Origin: Candidatus Competibacteraceae bacterium
GTDB lineage: Bacteria; Pseudomonadota; Gammaproteobacteria; Competibacterales; Competibacteraceae
DNA length: 64,000 nt
Direction: 5' to 3'
NCBI GenBank assembly: GCA_036834665.1
Contig: DAITNL010000001.1
Coordinates: 984-64,983, forward strand
Shown here: positions 1 to 9,847 of the stretch, piece after piece
Position numbering within the stretch: the first letter of the stretch is position 1
Layout of the letters: each line of letters opens with the position of its first letter
Notes under the pieces: generated by a model
Databases searched by the model: none
What the model was told of the DNA's origin: nothing
Seen by the model: only the letters and a program-made list of their open reading frames with translations
Made by a program: the position numbers and the translations under genes

Positions 1-976
1 GATCCAGTTGCTCCAGCGGCGCCTGCGCCAGCCGGGTGGTGATCAGGGTGGCCGAGCGATAGAAGCGGTTATAGGCGTGCAGCTCCTGCTCGAACTGATG
101 GCGCTCACCCTGCAGCGCGGCAACCAGCAGGGCAATAGCGGTGATGGTGGTGGTGAACAACCAGACCAGTTCATAGCCGGGCCGGTGGCCCAGCATCCGG
201 AAGGGCCCGGCCTGTTGCAGCGCTGCCAGTGCCGCCAATGCCGCCAGCAGCGCTGCCGCCAGTACCACGATCCACAGCGGAAAACGCAGACCTGCCCAGA
301 CCAGCATCGGGAACAGCAGCATCATCAGGGTCACGGCATGGTCGTCGGTGGCCAATGGATTGAAAAACACCACTCCACCGCCAGCCAGGGTTGCAACCAG
401 CAGAATGAACAATTCGCGACCCTGCTTGCGCAGCGTTCGATGCAGTACCGCCCGGTCAAAACTCAGCAGCAGCGGTGCGAACAGCAGCGCGCCGACCGTA
501 TCACCCAGCCACCAGGTGATCCAGGCCGGCAGGAATGTCGGGCCGGCGGCTTCGGTCGCGGGCAGAATGGCCAGCAGGCCGCCCGTAGGTGGAATGGTCA
601 TCGCCAGCGGCACCAGCAGCAGGAAGCCAAACACGTCACGGCGATTATGGAAGCCCGGATCGAGGGGCAGGGCGCGCAGCAGCACCACGGCCAGCAGTGG
701 CCCGAGGGTATTGCCGATGGCGATCAGCGCCGCCGTGCCCAAACCATGAAAACTGGTCGCGGCCAGGGCACCCAGATAGAGACCCGGCCAGTAGCTCAGG
801 CCCCAGCGCAGCAGCGCGCCAATGGCGATTCCGGTCGGTGGCCAGAACAGCGAGATCGAGTCAAAGGTGTAGCTTATTTCCAGGCCCAGGCGGGCACTCA
901 GGAAATAAGCCAGTGCCAGAAATAGCGAACGTGATACCCGTCGGCGCCAGGTTGCCCAAGTCGTCAGCTCTGTCAA
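1..976 (-). CDS. MASE1-domain membrane sensor protein, N-terminal part (gene continues past the left edge)
   Basis: Not in the ORF track (TTG start at 976, stop TAA just upstream in frame). My reverse-complement translation reads LTELTTWATWRRRVSRSLFLALAYFLSARLGLEISYTFDSISLFWPPTGIAIGALLRWGLSYWPGLYLGALAA... It continues as hydrophobic helices to position 1 with no stop and fits the MASE1 signature. The 305-aa + ORF 8..925 is its antisense shadow. Confidence 0.7.
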   Translation of the reverse strand, partial: MTELTTWATWRRRVSRSLFLALAYFLSARLGLEISYTFDSISLFWPPTGIAIGALLRWGLSYWPGLYLGALAATSFHGLGTAALIAIGNTLGPLLAVVLLRALPLDPGFHNRRDVFGFLLLVPLAMTIPPTGGLLAILPATEAAGPTFLPAWITWWLGDTVGALLFAPLLLSFDRAVLHRTLRKQGRELFILLVATLAGGGVVFFNPLATDDHAVTLMMLLFPMLVWAGLRFPLWIVVLAAALLAALAALAALQQAGPFRMLGHRPGYELVWLFTTTITAIALLVAALQGERHQFEQELHAYNRFYRSATLITTRLAQAPLEQLD

Positions 977-1010
977 GTGCTCGACAACCGGGCGCGCGGC
1001 TGAGACATCG

Positions 1011-1217
1011 TTACTCGGCTTTTCGAGCACCACGCTCACCGTTCCAGCCCGGCTCGGCTGCCTCCTGACGCTGCAGGCGTTGTGTCCGCTGTTCCTGCAA
1101 GTCCTCCTCGCAGACTTCGTCGCCCTTGATGGTTTTGATCAAGTGGCATTCCCTGGACTCGCAGCCACTCAGGCCGAGTCCTATCGCCAGGGCGATCAGG
1201 ATCGCGCTACGCTTCAT
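1011..1217 (-). CDS. small lipoprotein (hypothetical)
   Basis: ORF 1011..1238. The internal ATG at 1217 is preceded by GGAGAA. MKRSAILIALAIGLGLSGC is a signal peptide plus lipobox (LSG|C). Confidence 0.5.
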   Translation of the reverse strand: MKRSAILIALAIGLGLSGCESRECHLIKTIKGDEVCEEDLQEQRTQRLQRQEAAEPGWNGERGARKAE

Positions 1218-1339
1218 CGGGCTTCTCCGCAAAGTCAATCGTTTAAGCCGCGGGGATGGTTTGCGAAATGCGCAAGCACGGCAATTCGTCGAGTATTTTA
1301 TACACCTTCGCGGCGATCCGCGCCTGTGCCTGCGCAGGC

Positions 1340-2146
1340 CTATAGCGGTGGCGATGCGGTCACGATGCGGCTCAGCGCAGCGAATGCCGCCAGATCGAGA
1401 GTCTCCGGGCGCGCAGTAGGGTCGATGCCAGCGGTGCGGATCTGCTCGGCATCCAGCAGGCCGCGCAGGCTGTTGCGCAGGGTCTTGCGCCGCTGCGCGA
1501 ACGCCAGCCGCACCACCTCGGCGAAGCGCTGCTCATCGGGTATCGCCACCGGTGATGTTTCACGTGGAACCAGCCGCACCACCGCCGACCATACCTTGGG
1601 CGGTGGCTGGAATGCGCCCGGCCCAACCGTGAACAGCGGCTCGACCCGGCAGCGGTATTGCAGCATCACCGACAGCCGGCCATAAGCGTCCTCGCCGGCC
1701 TGGGCGGCCATGCGGTCAACCACATCCTTTTGCAGCATGAAGTGCATGTCGCGCAGGTGCTCGGCCTGGTCGAGCAGGTGAAACAGCAGGGGCGTGGAAA
1801 TGTTGTAGGGCAGGTTACCGGCCACCCGCAGCGGCGGGCCGTCGCCGCGCAGCATCGCGAAGTTGAAACTCAGCGCGTCGGCGTGATGCACGCGCAAGAG
1901 GCCACGCCCGGCGCAGTGCATCCGCAGCGGCTCCAGCAGATCGCGATCCAGTTCGACCACATCCAGACTGCCGGCAGCATCCAGCAGTGGCCCGGTCAGC
2001 GCGCCCAGTCCAGGGCCGATTTCCACCAGGGGCTCAGCGGGGTGCGGCCGGATCGCTGCGACGATGCGGGCGATGACGTTTGCATCATGCAGAAAGTGCT
2101 GGCCAAAGCGCTTGCGTGGCCGGTGCTGCAGCGGCACGTTGCTCAT
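1340..2146 (-). CDS. rsmA: 16S rRNA (adenine1518/1519-N6)-dimethyltransferase RsmA/KsgA
   Basis: 268-aa ORF with RKRFGQHFLHD...EIGPGLGALT...NLPYNISTP motifs. It lies directly downstream of surA. Confidence 0.95.
   Translation of the reverse strand: MSNVPLQHRPRKRFGQHFLHDANVIARIVAAIRPHPAEPLVEIGPGLGALTGPLLDAAGSLDVVELDRDLLEPLRMHCAGRGLLRVHHADALSFNFAMLRGDGPPLRVAGNLPYNISTPLLFHLLDQAEHLRDMHFMLQKDVVDRMAAQAGEDAYGRLSVMLQYRCRVEPLFTVGPGAFQPPPKVWSAVVRLVPRETSPVAIPDEQRFAEVVRLAFAQRRKTLRNSLRGLLDAEQIRTAGIDPTARPETLDLAAFAALSRIVTASPPL
1556..1571. other. parS site (ParB-binding centromere-like site) inside the rsmA coding sequence
   Basis: TGTTTCACGTGGAACC fits the parS consensus tGTTNCACGTGAAACa. The same 14-mer core recurs at 12964 and 13015. 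Confidence 0.7.
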
Positions 2147-3612
2147 GGGGCCGCAGTGGCCGGCGGCAGGCGGATCTCGACATAGGCTTCATCACGCAGG
2201 CGGCGTAACTGCAGGTCCCATTCTTCATCGGCGCGGCGCCGGAACAGCGCTTCACGGATCCGGGCGCGCTCACTGTCAGCACCCCCCTGGACCTGGCGGC
2301 GTTCCAGCACCTGGACGATGTGCCAGCCAAACGGCGTCTGGAACGGTGGGCTGATCTCGCCGGGCTGTAGACGGTCCATTTCCTGCTCGAACTGCGGCAC
2401 CAGCATGCCGGGCATCACCCAGCCCAGATCACCGCCTCGCGCACCGGAAGCCTTGTCATCGGAATCGGCGCGGGCGAGGGCGGCGAAGTCAGCGCCCGCC
2501 TTGATGCGCTGGCGCAGCTGTTCGAGCTGCTGGCGGGCTTCAGCGTCGGAACGTTGTCCCGAGGTGGTCAGCAGGATGTGGCGGGCGTGGGTCTGGTTCA
2601 CCATCGCAGCGGACGTGGGTCTGGTGCTGGCCGGCGGCGTGTCCGGGGCAGCGGCAGGACGGGCGGCTGCCCCGCCGCCCCGGACTTCGAGCAGTTTGAC
2701 GATGTGGAAACCGCTCGGGCTGCGAATCAGGCCGCTTGACTGGCCCGGCTGCAGCTTTGGTACCACATCGGCAAACAGGGTCGGGAGTTGGTCAGCGCTG
2801 CGCCAGCCCAGATCACCGCCCTGCAGGGCCTGCTGATCGGCGGAAACGCTGACCGCCAGCGCCTGAAAATCGCTGCCCTGGCGCAAGCGGGCCAGCACAT
2901 CCTCCGCCTGGCGTTTGGCGGTGGCGATTTGCTCGGGCGAGGCGCTTTCCGGCACAGCAATCAGAATCTGGGCGATATGATACTGGCGGTTCGTGCTGCC
3001 GCCTGCGCCGCCCGTAGGCCGGTCATCCTCGGCAGCCGGCGCGCCGCCGCCCTGCATTTCCGGGCTGCCAGCCAGTTGCGCGCGCAAGCTTTCCACATCC
3101 TGCTCGGAAATCTGAATTTGGGTCTCGACCATCCGCTGCCGCAGGCGAGCGATCAGGATCTCACGGCGCACATCATCACGGAACTGGGTAAAACTGACGC
3201 CATCCTTCTCAACGCTCTGCTGCAACTGGCTCAGGCTCATGTTGTTGCGCCGCGCCAGATTATCGATAGCGGCATTGAGCGTAGTGTCATCGACGGTAAT
3301 ACCGTTACGTTCGGCGACACGCACCTGCAGCTTGCCAAGGATCAGTCGTTCCAGCACCTGACGCTCCAGGACCGGTTGCGGTGGCAGTGCTACCTTTTTC
3401 TGGCGCAACTGGCGCTCGATCGTGGTCATTGCCGCATTGAGTTCGCGGCGGGTAATAACGTCATCGTTAATCACGGCGACGATGGCATCTAGGTTGTTCG
3501 CCGGGCTTTCCGGGCCTGGGCCAAACACCAGTTGCGCACGCGCGGCGGTGGCCAGACCGGCGAGCAGCAGGACCAGCGACAGGGTGAAAAACAGCGTCTT
3601 CAAGCGGGCCAT
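2143..3612 (-). CDS. surA: periplasmic chaperone / peptidyl-prolyl isomerase SurA
   Basis: 489-aa ORF with a signal peptide (MARLKTLFFTLSLVLLLAGLATAARAQ), a SurA N-domain and two parvulin repeats (HIAQILI..., ARHILL...GGDLGW). 4-bp overlap with rsmA. Confidence 0.9.
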   Translation of the reverse strand: MARLKTLFFTLSLVLLLAGLATAARAQLVFGPGPESPANNLDAIVAVINDDVITRRELNAAMTTIERQLRQKKVALPPQPVLERQVLERLILGKLQVRVAERNGITVDDTTLNAAIDNLARRNNMSLSQLQQSVEKDGVSFTQFRDDVRREILIARLRQRMVETQIQISEQDVESLRAQLAGSPEMQGGGAPAAEDDRPTGGAGGSTNRQYHIAQILIAVPESASPEQIATAKRQAEDVLARLRQGSDFQALAVSVSADQQALQGGDLGWRSADQLPTLFADVVPKLQPGQSSGLIRSPSGFHIVKLLEVRGGGAAARPAAAPDTPPASTRPTSAAMVNQTHARHILLTTSGQRSDAEARQQLEQLRQRIKAGADFAALARADSDDKASGARGGDLGWVMPGMLVPQFEQEMDRLQPGEISPPFQTPFGWHIVQVLERRQVQGGADSERARIREALFRRRADEEWDLQLRRLRDEAYVEIRLPPATAAP

Positions 3613-3629
3613 GGTGCAGGTCTCAGTGT

Positions 3630-5927
3630 TCAGTAGCGGATCGTTTGGTAGCCGAAAATGGAGTTGCTTAACAGGGTTTCCAGACCACTGCCCAGGCGCG
3701 AGAGGCCCTTCAGTTCCAGCTCAAGGTAGAACGCCGTCTGGGCATCGGTATCCGTAGGGCTGTTACGGTAACTGCGGGCCACGGCGCGCACCGCCCAGCA
3801 GCAGTCGTCGTATTCAAAACCGGCCAGGGTCTCCAGGTTGCGCGCGACGTTCAGGGCCTGATTCCAGCGCGCGATTACCCGCCATTGGGCGCTTAGCGGC
3901 CAGAGCACCGAGACATCCACGGCATGGATCTGATCGTCCAGGTCCATATCCGGCTGGTCGCGGTCCAGCAGGTAGGTCAGGTTGAACAGTTGCCGGGGAT
4001 TGGCGTAGTAGCGCAGGTCGAAGCCGGTGCGCAGCACGTCGTTGTTATCCGGCTCCAACTGCACGCCACCCTGTACCGTCCACCGCGTCGACAGGTTCAG
4101 ACCGGCCTGGGCGATCAGCCCCGAGTTGGCGGCGGTTTCCGGCGGCAGATCCGGCTCCAGGGTTACGCGCCGATCCTCGAAATACTGGATCTGGCCAATG
4201 CTGGCGCGCAGCCGCTCACGACCGCTAGGTCCGTCGATCAGGCGGGTGGTCAGCGCCGCGGTCAGCTGGTTGGCATCGCCGAGCCGGTCAGCGCCGGTGA
4301 AGCGGTTATGGCGAAACAGCCAGTCGAAATCACGATCCATCACGCTGCTGTCAAACAGCGGAATGTCATTCTGATCACGATAGGGCACATACAGATAGAA
4401 CAGTCGCGGCTCCAGGGTCTGGGTGCCGCCATTCACACCTAGCCAGGCGGCCTGCAGCGGTCGCTCGAAGATCAGTCCGCTGTCCAGGCTGAGAATCGGC
4501 GCACTGCGCGAGGGCGCATCGTTGGTGTCCGGATCGGTATCGCTTAACTGGTAGCCGGTATAGCGAAAGCCAACCTCGGGCTTGAGGTAGACCCAGGGTT
4601 GTTCCAGCGTCCAGTTCACGCTCGGCCACAGATCGATCCGGGTGCCGGTGACGACGTCGGACTGGTAAAAATGTACCGCCTCGCTATACAGCCGATAGCG
4701 CAGCCCGCTGGCCGCAGTGGCCGGCCAGTCGCCGCTGAATAGGAGTTGCGGCAGCCGTTCATAGGGATTACCGGAGAGGGCGAACAGCGTCGGATTGAGC
4801 ACCTGGAAACCCTGCACACGTGCCAGCGCCTGCCAGCCCTCGCCGTAGTAGCGGGCGTCGAGGTGCCGTTCCAGATAGTTGACGGTGAGAAAATCGAGGT
4901 TGTTGCTCAGGTCGTTTAGATAGCTGTCGTCGGAGACGTATTCGTAGCGCAGGTCGGTGTAGGTATTGGGCAGCGGCGCGGCGCGGTCGCTGATCCGGAA
5001 CGAGCCGCGCTCGCCATCGTAGCGGCGGTCATAGGGCAGATATTCCAGGCCGATCTGGCCGCGCCGGTTGGGTTCCAGGTAGCGGTATTCCAGGCCGAGC
5101 AGAATGCCACGCTCGGTCATGATCCGGGGTGTGAAGGTCAGGTCGCGGTTGGGAGCGATGTTCCAGTAATAAGGCACCGTGATATCAACGCCGGTTTCAC
5201 TGGCATAGCCCTGCCGTGGAAATAGGAAGCCGGACTGGCGCGCGTCGCTCAGCGGAAATGACAGGTAGGGAAAGTAGAATAGCGGCGTGTCGCGAAAGGC
5301 CAGCACGATGTCGTGCGCGGTGCCACGCTCGGCGGTTTCATCCAGCAACAGTTCGTCGGCGCGCAATTCCCAATCCTCGCGGCTGCCGCGCGGACAGGTG
5401 GAGTAGGTGGCGTCGTGCAACTGGCTGCGGCGCTGGCGTCGATCCACCTGCACGGCCTTGGCCGAGCCTTGGGCGTTACGCTCGGACAGGTAGTAGTCGA
5501 TCTCCTTGAACAAGCCACTCTCGCTGGCTAGATCAATATCCGCTTCCTGGCCGCGCAGCGCCTGGCGCGAGTCGCCATAGACAAACCCTCCCATGGCCTG
5601 GGCGCGGTTGGCCTCACGATCAATACGGATACGCTCGGCGCGCAGTCTCTGCTCGCCACGGCTCAGATTGACGTTGCCTTCCAGCAGCGACTGTGTGGCG
5701 GAAGACTCGATCTGCCCGGCATCGGCCTGCAGCGGTGCCTGCTCGACCGGTGGCATGTCTGGCGTGGCCGGCACGATCTCGCTGGCCAGCACATCGGTTT
5801 CGCAGCGTGCCCAGGAGCCGGGCAGATCGACGGACTGCGCCCGCACGCCGGCCACTGAGAACAAGGCCAGCGCGGCGCCGATGAGAAACGTGCGGTGATA
5901 CAGCGTCACGGAACGTATTTTACGCAT
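3630..5927 (-). CDS. lptD: LPS-assembly outer-membrane protein LptD
   Basis: 782-aa ORF 3630..5978. The likely start is the ATG at 5927 (MRKIRSVTLYHRTFLIGAALALFSVAGVRAQ signal peptide). It has an OstA N-domain plus a large beta-barrel and keeps lptD-surA synteny. Confidence 0.9.
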   Translation of the reverse strand: MRKIRSVTLYHRTFLIGAALALFSVAGVRAQSVDLPGSWARCETDVLASEIVPATPDMPPVEQAPLQADAGQIESSATQSLLEGNVNLSRGEQRLRAERIRIDREANRAQAMGGFVYGDSRQALRGQEADIDLASESGLFKEIDYYLSERNAQGSAKAVQVDRRQRRSQLHDATYSTCPRGSREDWELRADELLLDETAERGTAHDIVLAFRDTPLFYFPYLSFPLSDARQSGFLFPRQGYASETGVDITVPYYWNIAPNRDLTFTPRIMTERGILLGLEYRYLEPNRRGQIGLEYLPYDRRYDGERGSFRISDRAAPLPNTYTDLRYEYVSDDSYLNDLSNNLDFLTVNYLERHLDARYYGEGWQALARVQGFQVLNPTLFALSGNPYERLPQLLFSGDWPATAASGLRYRLYSEAVHFYQSDVVTGTRIDLWPSVNWTLEQPWVYLKPEVGFRYTGYQLSDTDPDTNDAPSRSAPILSLDSGLIFERPLQAAWLGVNGGTQTLEPRLFYLYVPYRDQNDIPLFDSSVMDRDFDWLFRHNRFTGADRLGDANQLTAALTTRLIDGPSGRERLRASIGQIQYFEDRRVTLEPDLPPETAANSGLIAQAGLNLSTRWTVQGGVQLEPDNNDVLRTGFDLRYYANPRQLFNLTYLLDRDQPDMDLDDQIHAVDVSVLWPLSAQWRVIARWNQALNVARNLETLAGFEYDDCCWAVRAVARSYRNSPTDTDAQTAFYLELELKGLSRLGSGLETLLSNSIFGYQTIRY

Positions 5928-5996
5928 GAATGGAAGTACCCTAACATCGCACACATTGAGGGCTTGCTGCAATCGCACCGGGAGGGCGTGAGTTTC

Positions 5997-7669
<1,673 letters not shown>

Positions 7670-7676
7670 ATACGAT

Positions 7677-7709
7677 GCTGTCATTCCCGGGCGAATTGAG
7701 AATGACAGC
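7677..7709. terminator. 10-bp perfect hairpin between convergent murU and phoU
   Basis: GCTGTCATTC (7677-7686) pairs with GAATGACAGC (7700-7709) around a 13-nt loop. There is no clear U-tract, so function as a terminator is only inferred. Confidence 0.4.
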
Positions 7710-7714
7710 GCGTA

Positions 7715-8404
7715 TCAAAGCGCGTGGCGGATATCCTGCCCCTCTACGACGTAGATCACATACTCGATGAGATTCTCGGCGTGATCAGCGACCCGCTTCA
7801 ATGCCTTCAGCGCCAGCACTACATCGATCACCGTGGAGACTGCCGGTTCGCCGTCCAGGGCATGGGTGCTGAGGGCGCGCAGACTGTCCTGAAATACCCC
7901 ATCGACTGGATTCTCGTGACGGCGCAGCAGTTGCCAGGCCTGTTCCGGATCCATGTGTTCCAGAATCGCCAGGGCGCTGTTGAGCTGTTCCAGCGCCACC
8001 CGCGCCAGGTGGTTGATATCAACGGCCATGCCACTGAATGACGCATGGCCTCGCTCCTGAATGGCTAGCGTTTTCCCGGCGATGCTCTTGGCCTCATCGC
8101 CGATCCGCTCCAGGTCGGCGACGGCTTTGTTCAGGGACAGCACCATGCGCATGTCGGAGCTCATCGGCTGCCGGCGGGCCAGCAGGCGCACGCAGAACTG
8201 ATCAATATCGCGGTCGCGGCGATTGAGTGCGGCATCACCGGCAATCACCGTTTTTGCGAGTTCAGCATCGCCGTTTTTCAGCGCCTGTACGGCGAGGCGA
8301 ACCTGGTGCTCGGCATCGCGGCCCATGTCCAGAACCTGCTTGAGCAGGCCGCTGATTTCCGCATCGAACCGTCTGACGGTGTGCTGGCTGGTACTAAAGA
8401 CCAT
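7715..8404 (-). CDS. phoU: PhoU-family phosphate signalling/regulatory protein
   Basis: 229-aa ORF with two PhoU repeats (E/DxxxD motifs, e.g. DLERIGDEA and LKRVADHAENL). Confidence 0.85.
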   Translation of the reverse strand: MVFSTSQHTVRRFDAEISGLLKQVLDMGRDAEHQVRLAVQALKNGDAELAKTVIAGDAALNRRDRDIDQFCVRLLARRQPMSSDMRMVLSLNKAVADLERIGDEAKSIAGKTLAIQERGHASFSGMAVDINHLARVALEQLNSALAILEHMDPEQAWQLLRRHENPVDGVFQDSLRALSTHALDGEPAVSTVIDVVLALKALKRVADHAENLIEYVIYVVEGQDIRHAL

Positions 8405-8422
8405 GGGGGCATCGCTCCTGTT

Positions 8423-9220
8423 CTAGGATATCGGTTCGCTGACGGGTGGCACGACCGCTTGCACCGCCACGCCGCTGATCTGCGTCATGGTGCTCTCGAT
8501 CCATGCTTCGACCTCCTGGGTCAATTCCTGAGGCCGGCGCCCGGTACTGTTGATCAGCGGCCCAAACACCACGTCGACAGTGCCCGGCCGCTTGAGAAAA
8601 CCTTGGCGTGGCCAGAACTCCCCGGCATTCAACGCCACCGGTAAAATGGGGAAACCGCTGTGCGCGGCTAGTACCGCGCCGCCCATCCCATAGCGCTGGC
8701 GCGCACCGGGTGCAGTGCGGGTACCCTCGGGAAAGATCAGCACCCACTGTCCTTGTCGCAGATGCTCTGTGCCTTGGCGGATCACCTGCTTGACTGCCGA
8801 GGCGCTGGTGGCACGGTTGATGGCGATCGGTCGCAGCAGCGCCATCGCCCAGCCAAAGAACGGCAGCCAGAGTAATTCACGCTTAAGCACCCAGGCCAGC
8901 GGTGGCAGATACTGCTGCAGGAAAATGGTTTCCCAGGTCGATTGGTGTTTGGCCATCACGATGACTGGCTGATCGGGGATGTGCTCGACGCCGCTGAGCC
9001 GGTACTGGATGCCGCAGGTGATGCGCAGCCACTCGATATTAAAACGGCTCCAATACTGGGCGATGCGGTAGCGCTGGGTGAAGGGTAGCGCAAAAGCCAG
9101 TACCACCAGCGTCGACACGACACAGGTCGAAATCAGCAGGCCCAGTGAAAACAGCAGTGAGCGCACCACGCGTGCCGGTGTGGTGCGCAATGGGGACGGG
9201 GTTTGGGATGCGTTGGTCAT
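8423..9220 (-). CDS. plsC: 1-acyl-sn-glycerol-3-phosphate acyltransferase
   Basis: 265-aa ORF with an N-terminal TM segment, the HQSTWE (HX4D-type) motif and the FPEGTR motif. Confidence 0.85.
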   Translation of the reverse strand: MTNASQTPSPLRTTPARVVRSLLFSLGLLISTCVVSTLVVLAFALPFTQRYRIAQYWSRFNIEWLRITCGIQYRLSGVEHIPDQPVIVMAKHQSTWETIFLQQYLPPLAWVLKRELLWLPFFGWAMALLRPIAINRATSASAVKQVIRQGTEHLRQGQWVLIFPEGTRTAPGARQRYGMGGAVLAAHSGFPILPVALNAGEFWPRQGFLKRPGTVDVVFGPLINSTGRRPQELTQEVEAWIESTMTQISGVAVQAVVPPVSEPIS

Positions 9221-9762
9221 GGGTCAGGGAGAGTGAGCAGGTAGTCGGCGACAGCAGCCAGATCAGTGAACACAGCCACGTTGGCGCAGCTTTCCGCATC
9301 CTGGATCAGCGTCTGGGCGCCCTTGCCGGTGCGCACCAGCAGTGGCCAGGCGTTGGCGGCCCGGGCGGCACGAATATCGCGCACGCTGTCGCCGACCACT
9401 GGCACACCCTGCAGGCTGTAATTCAGGCGCCGGCCGATTTCCAGCAGCATGCCCGGGTTGGGTTTGCGGTAGGGATTGGATTCGTCGATATCCGGGCAGA
9501 AGAACACTGCTTCGATCAGGCCGCCGGCTTCCTGAACCATGCGATGCATCTTGCGGTGGATCAGGTTGAGCGTTTCCAGGTCGAACAGGCCACGGCTGAT
9601 GCCGGACTGGTTGGTCGCTACCACTACCCGGTAACCGGCATGGTTGAGCCGGGCGATGGCTTCCAGGCTGCCTGGCAGCGGCAACCATTCCTCCGGCGAC
9701 TTGATATAGTCGTCGGAGTCATGATTGATCACACCATCGCGATCCAGGATCAGCAGTTTCAT
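9217..9762 (-). CDS. gmhB: D-glycero-beta-D-manno-heptose 1,7-bisphosphate 7-phosphatase
   Basis: 181-aa HAD protein with LILDRDGVIN (DxDG) and a CxxxxxxxCxC-type region. It follows the plsC-gmhB-glyS-glyQ order known from Pseudomonas. Confidence 0.85.
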   Translation of the reverse strand: MKLLILDRDGVINHDSDDYIKSPEEWLPLPGSLEAIARLNHAGYRVVVATNQSGISRGLFDLETLNLIHRKMHRMVQEAGGLIEAVFFCPDIDESNPYRKPNPGMLLEIGRRLNYSLQGVPVVGDSVRDIRAARAANAWPLLVRTGKGAQTLIQDAESCANVAVFTDLAAVADYLLTLPDP

Positions 9763-9783
9763 CGTTGTGGACCCGTTAGCGGA

Positions 9784-9809
9784 ACTGTGGTTTCACGTGA
9801 AACCACAGT
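9784..9809. other. parS site at the centre of a 26-bp perfect palindrome (glyS-gmhB intergenic)
   Basis: ACTGTGGTTTCACGTGAAACCACAGT. The central 16-mer GGTTTCACGTGAAACC (9789-9804) matches the parS consensus. Confidence 0.8.
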
Positions 9810-9847
9810 CCGGATGGCCAGCAGATATGCATACCGCGGCCGCGCCT

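Noticed and set aside
8-925. 305-aa + strand ORF (Q/R/G-rich)
   Set aside because: Its composition is typical of an antisense frame in high-GC DNA. The opposite strand encodes a clean MASE1 membrane domain over the same span.
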